A stretch of DNA of 64,000 nucleotides from an uncultured bacterium (GTDB lineage Bacteria > Babelota > Babeliae > Babelales > Babelaceae). The position numbers were made by a program, and so were the translations under genes. The DNA is taken from the NCBI GenBank assembly GCA_963722385.1, contig CAVRKK010000002.1, positions 1,024,001 to 1,088,000 on the forward strand. The letters run 5' to 3'. Below are positions 52,334-62,734 of the stretch, one piece after another; the stretch's first letter is position 1, and the number at the start of each line of letters is the position of its first letter. Under the pieces are notes generated by a model that worked only from the letters and a program-made list of their open reading frames with translations, made no database searches and had not been told where the DNA came from.

Positions 52334-54343
52334 ATGGGCAAAAAATTACTTTTCTTGGGGCTTTTTTTAGCAAGCCTTAGTCTTTTTTATCAAGCGCAAT
52401 CAATGGAGGTTGAAGAATCAGAAGAGGTTCAACCACTTGAGGAACCTGATCAAGAAAGCCATGGAGCATATGCACCGCAAGGCTTTCTTGGGCAGTTCGA
52501 TGCTAACGGGTTTCAACAGCATTTAGCGAGTCTTGATTTTTCACAGCAGCAAAAACTGTTTAAAGAATATATAGAACTTAAACAGATCGAGCCGCTCAAG
52601 GAAATGTTGGCCAAGAACCCAGCCCTGGCGTATAGAACTGGCGAATTTGGCAAAACAGCCTTACGTTGGGCACTTTTATGCGGTAATACGCCTATTGTGG
52701 AGCTTTTGCTATCGCGTCAAAGCAATGTGAACACGAGAGAAAATGCTGAAAATTTTCAAATGGCTATTAAGAAGCAGAATGAGCATATCATTGATTTATT
52801 CCTTGCACATGGTGCCCATATAAATATCCGAAGTACAAACCCATTACAGTGTGCTTTTGCTTATGATGTTCTTAAAAATGCAAAAACCCGGAGCGCGCGA
52901 GCAACCGCAGACCGAATAATTCTTAAGCTTGTCAAGCTGCTCCTTGAAGGCAAAAATACTAATTCGAGGGGCGGATTGTCTGTATTTCGGATGCTCGAAC
53001 CGTATGCATGTTTTCTTCTACGCGTAATCGCGGCGCAGGGGGATGACGCTTCTTTGTTAGAGCGATTATGCAAATCTTCTAAAGAGCTGAAACATCCTTT
53101 GATTAAAGATATTAATCTTTCTGATCCTGCCGGCAATACGATGCTGCATTATGCAGTTATCTTCAATCGCCCAGCAATCCTGGAATTTGTTTTGAGCCGT
53201 AAAGAGCTTGATGTCAATAAGGCAAATAAGCTCGGCCAAACTGCTTTAGCCATAGCGCAAGAAAAGGGTAATAATATTATCGTTGAAGCTTTAATGAGAA
53301 GAGGGGCTACTCCTCAGGTTGGGCAGACTATGGAGGTTGAAGAGGCAGAAGAAGTTATAATAGAAAGAAAAGTAGAAAATGATGAATTGGATACCCAGAG
53401 GGTAAATGACCTTGGCGTAACTGCGTTATTGATGGCCCAGATTAACGACGATACGCCCGCGCTGCATGCTTTAACCAATAGGGAGACCACCCAGGGAATG
53501 ATACCAGAAGAAGCCGCCGTAAGAGCCCAAGAGGTAGGAGCGGTAGACCAACAAGAAGATAGAGCAGAAATGCAGATGGCGGATGATACTCCTCCAGCTC
53601 AAGCAGTTATAGAAATAGACGATACGGAAGATACCGTAATAGAGGAAGGAACAGTACAATTAACACCTGAAACCTCCCGCGTTTTCATGAATGTCCAAGC
53701 AGGGGAAGAACAAGAAGAGCAAACAGCTCAAGAGACGCTGAGTGAGGATCGCCCCCCGATTATTTATGGCAACCAAACGGAGCTGGATCGTGCTTTTGAT
53801 TTAATTGGGCAAGCATCTGATCTACGAAGCAAACTGGCTGCACAGAGGATAATCATTAAGTGCGTTAAAGCCTTGCTGAAAGATCGTGCCTATTCAAGGG
53901 AATCGGTACGTGGCATCATTCAACCACATCGTTGGCGTATTCTGTGCTTACTTGCTTTACATGGTGATGACAGTTCCTTAGTAGACCAATTACTACAGCT
54001 TACTAACGCTGAAAAATGCGTCGATGATATTAATCACACCGATCAGTACGGTAATTCGGTCCTTCACTTTGCAGCCCAGTTCACGCGCCATCGCATACTT
54101 TCTGCCCTCTTGGCATATAAAGAACTTGCTCTTGACCGGCGCAATAATCTTGGTCTTACCCCTTTAATGATAGCCGCGATGAATGATGATATCCCTATGA
54201 TAGCAACACTGTTCGGCGCTGGCGCCAATGTTAATCAGCGTCATCCGGAATCTGGTGAAAATATCTTCGAGCGCTGTGCATTGTCATTACAATCACATAT
54301 TCATCGCTCTAGAAATAAAGGAACAGGAAACAGCCAGCTGTAA
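52334..54343 (+). CDS. Signal-peptide ankyrin-repeat protein with internal duplication
   Basis: GKTALRWA, GNTMLHYA, GQTALAIA, GNSVLHFAA, GLTPLMIAA, GANVN. Confidence 0.92.
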   Translation: MGKKLLFLGLFLASLSLFYQAQSMEVEESEEVQPLEEPDQESHGAYAPQGFLGQFDANGFQQHLASLDFSQQQKLFKEYIELKQIEPLKEMLAKNPALAYRTGEFGKTALRWALLCGNTPIVELLLSRQSNVNTRENAENFQMAIKKQNEHIIDLFLAHGAHINIRSTNPLQCAFAYDVLKNAKTRSARATADRIILKLVKLLLEGKNTNSRGGLSVFRMLEPYACFLLRVIAAQGDDASLLERLCKSSKELKHPLIKDINLSDPAGNTMLHYAVIFNRPAILEFVLSRKELDVNKANKLGQTALAIAQEKGNNIIVEALMRRGATPQVGQTMEVEEAEEVIIERKVENDELDTQRVNDLGVTALLMAQINDDTPALHALTNRETTQGMIPEEAAVRAQEVGAVDQQEDRAEMQMADDTPPAQAVIEIDDTEDTVIEEGTVQLTPETSRVFMNVQAGEEQEEQTAQETLSEDRPPIIYGNQTELDRAFDLIGQASDLRSKLAAQRIIIKCVKALLKDRAYSRESVRGIIQPHRWRILCLLALHGDDSSLVDQLLQLTNAEKCVDDINHTDQYGNSVLHFAAQFTRHRILSALLAYKELALDRRNNLGLTPLMIAAMNDDIPMIATLFGAGANVNQRHPESGENIFERCALSLQSHIHRSRNKGTGNSQL

Positions 54344-54479
54344 ACCTTTGCTCATGGTATTTATTGTTGCTATAGCAAGCAAGGACTTATCAATAAGGAC
54401 TTATTGGTCGTTTGACAAAAAACGTTAAATAGTCGAACATATGGTAGAATACTAGCATCAAAAATACCAAGAGGAAAGC

Positions 54480-55025
54480 ATGATTCTGGCAGTTGGCTCC
54501 ACAAACCGCGTTAAAATAGAAGCGCTTGAGGAGCTTGCCCAAGATTACGAAGTAATCAAATCTGCAAAAGTGCTTGGTTATGCAGTAGCATCTGGGGTAT
54601 CAAATCAACCGCTTTCATTATCAGAGACCATTCAAGGTGCTAAAAATCGAGCTCAAGCAGCTTTTGAGCAGTGCTTAAACTGTTCATATAGCTTTGGCAT
54701 GGAAAGTGGCTTGCTTGAGGCACCAGGAACTAACACTGGTTTTCTAGAAGCTGGTGTTTGCTGTATTTACGATGGCAATAGGTGCTATACCGGGCTTTCT
54801 TGTGGGTTCGAGCTACCACCGCGAATTCTTAAGCTCATTATGCATGAAACCATCGAGTTACAAGCTGCCTGTTATCGCTCTGGTATTACTGATAACCAAA
54901 CACTCGGCGCAGCAGAAGGACTGGTTGGTCTTTTGACAAAAGGTAGAATCGACCGCAAAAAATATACGAAGCAGAGTATTATTATGGCATTGTCGCAGCT
55001 CGAGAATACGTCGTGGTATGAATAA
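54480..55025 (+). CDS. yjjX: Inosine/xanthosine triphosphatase
   Basis: VGSTN.VKI.A, SGVSNQP.S..ETIQGAKNRA, G.ESG, FELP, GLVGLLT.G...R. Confidence 0.92.
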   Translation: MILAVGSTNRVKIEALEELAQDYEVIKSAKVLGYAVASGVSNQPLSLSETIQGAKNRAQAAFEQCLNCSYSFGMESGLLEAPGTNTGFLEAGVCCIYDGNRCYTGLSCGFELPPRILKLIMHETIELQAACYRSGITDNQTLGAAEGLVGLLTKGRIDRKKYTKQSIIMALSQLENTSWYE

Positions 55026-55128
55026 ATCTAAATAGCTTAATAGCTGATTCTTTTTGCCATTTTTATGGTATTATGGAGTGTCTCACGCTAATATGGAAGT
55101 TTCATTCTTAATGCTTTTAAGGAGTCGT

Positions 55129-55536
55129 ATGGTACGATCGTATTTTTTTGTTGCCGGTACGCTTTTAGCATTGTCCAGCCTAGCCTCATATGGCCAGGTG
55201 GGCGAAACGGCCGCTGTTTTTGGTGACACCCTTATATGCATGGCTGACGAAACAAAAGTCTCTTCGGAAAGCGGAGACGTAATCCGACTTAGCCGTGCTC
55301 AAGCGCACCTGTTAGAATATGGGTATAGGATTTCCTCCTCGTTCAATAATCGTGCAATACTGATAGTACCGCAAGAAACAGTGGATTTGCTGGTTAATAT
55401 ACTCATTGGTTCTGGTGTAGGAGCAGGTGTCGTAAGCATCGCAGGAATTTTATATATTATCTATCTCCAGGGCAAGCTTGCTCGTCACCAAAATCAGCCT
55501 GCCAATAGGGTAATTTTCCAAACTAAAGCTCATTAA
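55129..55536 (+). CDS. Hypothetical protein with signal peptide and C-terminal TM helix
   Basis: RBS AAGGAG before ATG 55129; two hydrophobic segments. Confidence 0.65.
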   Translation: MVRSYFFVAGTLLALSSLASYGQVGETAAVFGDTLICMADETKVSSESGDVIRLSRAQAHLLEYGYRISSSFNNRAILIVPQETVDLLVNILIGSGVGAGVVSIAGILYIIYLQGKLARHQNQPANRVIFQTKAH

Positions 55537-56124
55537 GGCACACTCTGCGCCACCTAGATTTTCTAAGGCCGAATAGGTGTGACGTTCTATCTCTGCTATA
55601 CGCTGGTACCACAGCCACGAGAGCCGTTTGTTTGGTGGTATTCTGCGGCCTTAGAGCTCGTCCTTTGGACTGGCTGTTTTATCCAATAAACAAGCGTATG
55701 ATTTTGCTTGAAGGGCTGGCATCTTTCTGCAGTGTGAGCCAGGCAAACGTATAGGTGAGCAAATTGTATATAGATTCTTTACCTTAGTTTACGAAAAAAA
55801 ATGTTGATACCTGGGTATATTAATGCTTGTTGAGGCTAAAGCTGCGTGCTTTGGCAGAGGAAATTGCTGAGCGATTTCCTGCTGATACCCCAAGCTCTTC
55901 TCAAACAATGAGTTCGAGTGAGATACAAGCACTTATTATAGGGCTTGTGCAACAGCTTTCGACGGGAAATGCTGGTTAGGTATGACAGGAGCAAGTAAAT
56001 ATAAATAGCTTGTGGAAGCGGAAAGGCGATATTTTTATGTGTCGACCAACTAAGCAAGTGAAGGGGTAACCAAAGCATTGCTTGTGTTTGTGGTATATTA
56101 ATAGAAAGCCCACGCAAAAGTTGA

Positions 56125-57168
<1,044 letters not shown>

Positions 57169-57187
57169 CTATAAAAAGGGGAGTACG

Positions 57188-58480
57188 GTGAAGAATGCAG
57201 CACTTTTTCCTGATGACCATGTTTATTGGTATCTATCTCAAGCTTCAGCCCGTCAAGTAACGAACGACATACAGGTGGATGTTGCGGTCGTAGGGGGAGG
57301 TATGGCTGGCCTGAGTGCGGCACAGTGCTTCCGGCAAAAGGGCTTTTCTGTAGCCCTTTTAGAGAAAACTTACTGCGGTGCTGGTGCGAGCGGTAAAAGC
57401 TCCGGCTTTATAACCAGCAATTCGGAATTTGCCTTAATTGATTTTATTCGGCTTTTTGGCAAGGAAGCGGCGTTACAGCTGTGGCAATTTGCTGAATCGG
57501 GTGTTGCTTTTATAAAGAAAAATATCGAGGACTTTGGCATTCACGCTGATTATCAGGTACAAGATACGCTTGTTGTTGCTACGAATGACCGAAAGTTTCG
57601 ACGTTTCATAGAGACCGAGCATCATGCCCGGCAAGAGTTCTCGTATCCTAGTAAGCTCTATGTACGCGATACGCTCGCTAAACTTCTTAACTCGCCATCA
57701 TATAGCGGTGGTATTATTTATGGGAATAGCTTTGGGATCAACGGGTACTTATATTGCCAAGGCATGAAGCGGGTTCTTGGCGAGCATGGCGTTGACATTT
57801 ACGAAGAAACGCCGGTTATTGGCGTTGATGCTTCCGGACTTCGGACGCCCGGGGGATTGGTAAAAGCAGATCAGATAGTATTCTGTATCGACCGTTTTTT
57901 GCCAGAGCTTGGTAAGCTAACGCATGAAATATACCACGCACAAACCTTTTTGATGATGTCATCGCCGCTTTCTGATGCTAATGTTCAAAAAATATTTCCT
58001 GAACGCCCGGTCATGGTATGGGATACTGATCTTATTTATCATTATTACCGACTTGCGGGACAAAACAGGCTCTTGTTAGGTGGTGGTAGCTTGTGGTCGA
58101 CGTATGCACGTCAGGCACAGCATGATAATGAGTATATGTATAAAAGTCTTAATAATTATGCCAAAAGTGCATTTCCAGAAGTTGATATTACGTTTGAATA
58201 TATGTGGCCAGGGCTTATCGGTATCACCAAAGATATTATGCCTATTGCGGGACCCGACCGTGATCTCAAGAATATTTATTATGTCTCAGGTGCGGCTGGC
58301 TTGCCATGGGCTGCGGCTTTAGGTAAGTACGCTGCTGAAAGTATCGTCGATAAAAAAAGCGACTTGGATACTTATTTTTCACCTTATCGTCGTTTTCCGC
58401 TCGGGCGCTTGATTCAGGCAGGAATCGGGACTCAATTAACCTTTGCTCTTTCTAATTTTTCCCAAATCAGCAGTCTGTGA
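57188..58480 (+). CDS. FAD-dependent oxidoreductase (DAO/PuuB-like); GTG 57188 preferred
   Basis: DVAVVGGGMAGLS, GASGKSSG, IYEETPV, YYRL...RLLLGG, W.G.IG.T.D..P. Confidence 0.9.
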   Translation: MKNAALFPDDHVYWYLSQASARQVTNDIQVDVAVVGGGMAGLSAAQCFRQKGFSVALLEKTYCGAGASGKSSGFITSNSEFALIDFIRLFGKEAALQLWQFAESGVAFIKKNIEDFGIHADYQVQDTLVVATNDRKFRRFIETEHHARQEFSYPSKLYVRDTLAKLLNSPSYSGGIIYGNSFGINGYLYCQGMKRVLGEHGVDIYEETPVIGVDASGLRTPGGLVKADQIVFCIDRFLPELGKLTHEIYHAQTFLMMSSPLSDANVQKIFPERPVMVWDTDLIYHYYRLAGQNRLLLGGGSLWSTYARQAQHDNEYMYKSLNNYAKSAFPEVDITFEYMWPGLIGITKDIMPIAGPDRDLKNIYYVSGAAGLPWAAALGKYAAESIVDKKSDLDTYFSPYRRFPLGRLIQAGIGTQLTFALSNFSQISSL

Positions 58481-58583
58481 AATCTGATTTTAAGCATGAA
58501 ATAAATTATCTCTTGTAATCGTTTTGCCAATAATGCTATTTTGATAAAAATAAATAACAAGAAGGGTAAAAGGAACGAATGCT

Positions 58584-58670
58584 ATGTGGATAAAGTTTCT
58601 GGTGGCCATGTGCTTGCTTAATATTTTGGTACTGGTAGTTTCTTATGCTCCTTGGTTATTCTATCGCTAA
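58584..58670 (+). CDS. Candidate 28-aa single-TM small protein
   Basis: MWIKFLVAMCLLNILVLVVSYAPWLFYR*, with AAAGGA upstream. Confidence 0.4.
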   Translation: MWIKFLVAMCLLNILVLVVSYAPWLFYR

Positions 58671-58728
58671 TGCCTCTTGTGTCACGCCGCTATGAGGTGG
58701 TAAACTGCTCACCTAAGGGAGAATAAGC

Positions 58729-59343
58729 ATGAAATTCATGGAAGAAAAGATAGCATGTTGGCGCAATAATGATCAGGTAAGGCTTGGTGTCTCGGTTGCC
58801 CTGGGACTCATCTTTCTTTTATTATTTGCGTATACAATTTATTATTTTTGGGGGCAAGCTCGTCGTGCTGTTGACGAGACCATTGTGGAGCACATCACCA
58901 AGCTTGTTGAAATTTTTCATGAGATTGACAAAGAGTGCAAAATTTTAGGATTTGATCAAGATAAGACTCCTATTAATTTTTTGAACGTTCAAAATTTCTC
59001 AGGTTCAGAAGTTGGAGGCATGCACCTTATGTATCCGGAGAAATGGCGGGGGCCCTATCTTGAGAGCAATCTGGTAGTTCAAGGAATTCATTATTACGTA
59101 CTTAAAACCGAGCAAAATGTGACGTATATCGTGCCAGGAGATGGCGTGCGGCTCGGCAATGGTAAAGTATTTGGCAAAGATATTATTATTACTAAGCAAA
59201 CAGACATTGAGGCATTGCTCAGCCATGATCCAGCGCTTGCCTATAAAGGACATCCGCTTATCATACCCTTGCCGCTTGAATCGCGTGAGCAAATGCTTGC
59301 AAAACTACGCATTAAAGCATATGGGGCAGTGTTGGGTGAATAG
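58729..59343 (+). CDS. Pseudopilin/GspG-like membrane-anchored protein
   Basis: N-terminal TM helix, amphipathic helix, P.KWRGPYL motif. Confidence 0.55.
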   Translation: MKFMEEKIACWRNNDQVRLGVSVALGLIFLLLFAYTIYYFWGQARRAVDETIVEHITKLVEIFHEIDKECKILGFDQDKTPINFLNVQNFSGSEVGGMHLMYPEKWRGPYLESNLVVQGIHYYVLKTEQNVTYIVPGDGVRLGNGKVFGKDIIITKQTDIEALLSHDPALAYKGHPLIIPLPLESREQMLAKLRIKAYGAVLGE

Positions 59344-59966
59344 GCACGGTTCTGTATTGAGCAGTTTATTTTGCCATCAGGACACTCGTTAAGGTATCAA
59401 AATTTTCAGACTTCTGCTGCAAGAACTGGATATCCAAACCTAAAGGTTGAGCTTCTCAGTGCTTTGGCTCACCTGAGCTGAACCGCCTACGATGCGCTCT
59501 CATATCTTCCAATCTTACGATAAATTTAAAGCCCTCATATCCCAACCGGGTTGGTACATAGCGGGGCTTCTCTATAAAAATGGAGCGCGCGTGAGACTAA
59601 TAGGATCAATTTAGCTTATTTCCTCATGAGCTTATTCAAGGAGCGTTGCTTCCGTTTGTCTATCGTGGCGGAGGCTCAAATAAGTAAATTTTGTTCATGA
59701 AAATTAAGCTCCTGGTAAAAAGCAGAAACTTTTTCGTAGGAAGTTGAGCTATTTTTGCATAGGTTCTGCAGGTAGCAGTTTAATTTTTTTGTTCCTGAAT
59801 GCATCACTTAGGTGCCGCCATACTTCGCTAAGGCTTCAGTTGGCACGCCAGTCTTCAGGTAATACCTAAAATATTTAAATCTAAAATGGACAAAAGCTGG
59901 CCGCCGAAGCTGTAGCGTAGGAAGACCATCTTCTTGTGTATTACGTGTATCTTGCTCAATCTACCC

Positions 59967-60032
59967 TTGTAAAAATAATCAGGCTTATTTATAATATGAT
60001 CTAAAGGTAAGAGTGAGTCTTACCTTTAGATC
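59967..60032 (+). promoter_or_regulatory. AbiE promoter with operator-like inverted repeat
   Basis: TTGTAA-17bp-TATAAT, followed by a perfect 15-bp IR GATCTAAAGGTAAGA-GTGAG-TCTTACCTTTAGATC. Confidence 0.75.
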
Positions 60033-60048
60033 CCCAAATAGGTTGATC

Positions 60049-60666
60049 ATGAAAAAAGGTTTTTTAAAAGATATTTTAAGGCTGAATCAGACGGTATATT
60101 CTTTTAAAGAGCTTGCTTTGCTTTGGCCAAATACCGAACCGAAAACACTCAAATCACGGTTACATTACTATGTTCAGGAAGGAGATCTTTATCATATTCG
60201 GCGTGGCTTATATGCTAAAGATAAAAAATACGATCGCTTTGAGCTTGCCACTAAGATTATGGCTCCTGCGTATATTAGTTTCGAATCAGTTCTAGTACCA
60301 GCAGGGATTATATTTCAACATTATAAGACTATTTTTGTTGCCTCAGACCAGTCAAAAGATATTCTTTGTGATGGCCAACTTTATTCTTTCACAAAGCTTA
60401 AATACTCACTTCTTACTGACGCGACGGGGATTGAGCTGCTTCAAAATTACAGTATAGCCAGCGCTGAAAGAGCTTTCCTAGATATTCTATACATCAATAA
60501 AAGTTACTATTTTGATAATCTGAGCCCACTTAATTGGAATAAAATCTATGAGATTCTACCAGTCTATAAGAACAAGAGCATGGCAAAAACAGTTGACCTC
60601 TACCATAAAACAGCGCAAGATATAGATGACAATCGATTCTACTCAACACAAAGATATCCTCATTAG
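60049..60666 (+). CDS. Type IV TA antitoxin, AbiEi family
   Basis: wHTH region with L.HIRRGLY, PAYISFESVL...GII.Q, IASAERAFLD.LY. Confidence 0.85.
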   Translation: MKKGFLKDILRLNQTVYSFKELALLWPNTEPKTLKSRLHYYVQEGDLYHIRRGLYAKDKKYDRFELATKIMAPAYISFESVLVPAGIIFQHYKTIFVASDQSKDILCDGQLYSFTKLKYSLLTDATGIELLQNYSIASAERAFLDILYINKSYYFDNLSPLNWNKIYEILPVYKNKSMAKTVDLYHKTAQDIDDNRFYSTQRYPH

Positions 60667-61342
60667 GATACTCAAAGATATTTTTAGCAACCCAGCAATA
60701 GGCCCCTACCTTGGTTTTAAAGGAGGAACAGCCGCACTCCTTTTTTACGGATTGCCACGCTTTTCCGTGGATTTAGATTTCGATCTTCTTGATAGTACTA
60801 AAGAAAAACAGGTTTTCAACGAATGTAAAAGAACTTTAGAGAGCTATGGCATAGTGAAAGAGGCTCAAGATAAACGGTATAGCCTTTTCTTTCTTCTTTC
60901 TTACATCAATAAAAGACAGAATGCTTATAATATCAAGGTTGAGATTAATAAAAGAAATTTTGGATCTGAGTATGAGCTCAAACAATATCTTGGTATACTT
61001 ATGAAGGTCATGGTTCAAGCAGATATGGTAGCTCATAAAATGGTTGCAATGTACGAACGAATTGGAAAAGCCAACCGCGATATCTTCGATGTTTGGTTTT
61101 TCTTACACAATAATTGGCCTATCAATAAAAAAATTATCGAACAAAGAACACAGATGACATATAGCCAATTTTTGAAAAAGTGTATTGAGAATTTAGAAAA
61201 AATGAGTGACCGAAATATACTTTCCGGTATCGGCGAACTACTCGATGAAAAGCAGAAAGCTTGGGCTAAAGCAAAACTAAGAGCTGAAACGGTCTTCTTG
61301 CTTCAGTTAACGCTCAATAATGAGATCCAACAAACAACCTAA
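60626..61342 (+). CDS. Type IV TA toxin, AbiEii nucleotidyltransferase
   Basis: FKGGTA..LFYGLPRFSVDLDF, IKVEI, AHK..A..ER...RDIFD. Confidence 0.92.
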   Translation: MTIDSTQHKDILIRILKDIFSNPAIGPYLGFKGGTAALLFYGLPRFSVDLDFDLLDSTKEKQVFNECKRTLESYGIVKEAQDKRYSLFFLLSYINKRQNAYNIKVEINKRNFGSEYELKQYLGILMKVMVQADMVAHKMVAMYERIGKANRDIFDVWFFLHNNWPINKKIIEQRTQMTYSQFLKKCIENLEKMSDRNILSGIGELLDEKQKAWAKAKLRAETVFLLQLTLNNEIQQTT

Positions 61343-61434
61343 GTGAAATTTCACTTCCTTATTCCGCGTCAATTAAGTACCAGCCAGCTTTATTTCTTAA
61401 AGAACGTCAGCTGGTTATTCTAGTCCCTTTAGAA

Positions 61435-62573
61435 CAGGACTTCCGCTAATTGGTGAAAAATCTGGTTAGGATTGACATTTAAGAAAATAAGAGCTCCAAT
61501 AATGTTGTTCAAAACAAAAAGGAGCTCTTAATGTTGCTTATAAGCGAACAAAAATCAACATATCCACTTGCGTTGCTTTTGTCTAGCGGTAAAAAAACTT
61601 GCGAAGGAATGGGCAGATTATTGAGCAAAAGTGGCGATTCAATCATAAGATTGCTAGAGCGCCATGTGACAACAATCGACCAATTAATAGATTTTGCAAA
61701 ATTTATCTTCAAGAACAAAGACTTATACCTTGTTTTACATGATACGTTTATAGAAAAAATGTACTCTGTAGCTATAGAAGGTACAAGCGATAACAGGGAT
61801 CATTCAAACGGGACAGTTTATCGTTCATTGTGTTCAATAGTAGCCATGATAACCGATGGAAAAAGCGGCATAGCAATAGATCATAGATTGTGGGCATCAA
61901 AAGAAGTAGTTCAAATCAGCTATAAAAGCAAGACAGAACTCGCTCAGGACCTTATAGAAAGCATTACTGCTAGAATAGCGGTTAAACTAGTCATAATGGA
62001 TGGACTTTATGCAACAGAAAGCCTGATTCAATGGCTATCTAGCGCAAACATATTTTTCGAAATGCGCTTCCATTCGAATAGAAGGCTTAAAAGCAGCGAT
62101 GGTAATACATTCGTAATTAGGGACTGCCCTGGCTTAAAGCTTAAGGGAAGAAAGAAAAGCGTGACTATAACAGCTTATTGGAAAAATATATCTCTCTTTT
62201 TTACTGCTGTGAAAAGGAAAGCAAAAGATGGTTACGTTGTTCTTTACCAAGTAAGCAATTATTCGACCTCTTCTGCTCATCACAAACTGCTTTATTCTTA
62301 CAGATGGAATATAGAGATGTTTTTTAGAACCGCAAAACAATATCTAAAATTACAAGATTGCCAGTCAAGAAAATTGAAGCTGCAAAAAATCATACCATGA
62401 ATGTTTTTCTTGCTTACGCATTACTACAGTCCAAACGCATTAAGCAAAGAATTGCTAACCAAGAAATTGCTCTTAGACGCATTAAAGACCATTTCTTAAG
62501 CAACTCGTCATTTCCCTTTTCAGCTGGCCATCAGATCTTTCGTCATTTTCAAGCTCTTTATGCGTAACTCCTG
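61435..62573 (+). mobile_element. IS701/IS4-clan insertion sequence
   Basis: Imperfect IRs CAGGACTTCCGC and TGCGTAACTCCTG flank a DDE transposase. Confidence 0.8.
61531..62567 (+). pseudogene. DDE transposase with a frameshift near 62383-62389
   Basis: SKTELA, MDGLYA, SNR, Y.YRWNIEMFFR.AKQ.L.L.DCQSR; the NH...VFLAY tail continues in another frame after an A6 run. Confidence 0.8.
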
Positions 62574-62734
62574 CAGGCTTTCCTCTTGATTTTTGTTAAG
62601 AAAAAGTTAGGATAATAAACATCGAATAAGAAATATGAGTCAAAAAGTATTAAGTTGTTAAGAAGGAGATACTGGTATTGATCAACGTAATAAAAATCAA
62701 GTAAAAGATATCAACATTAAAGGGAGGGTTGCTA

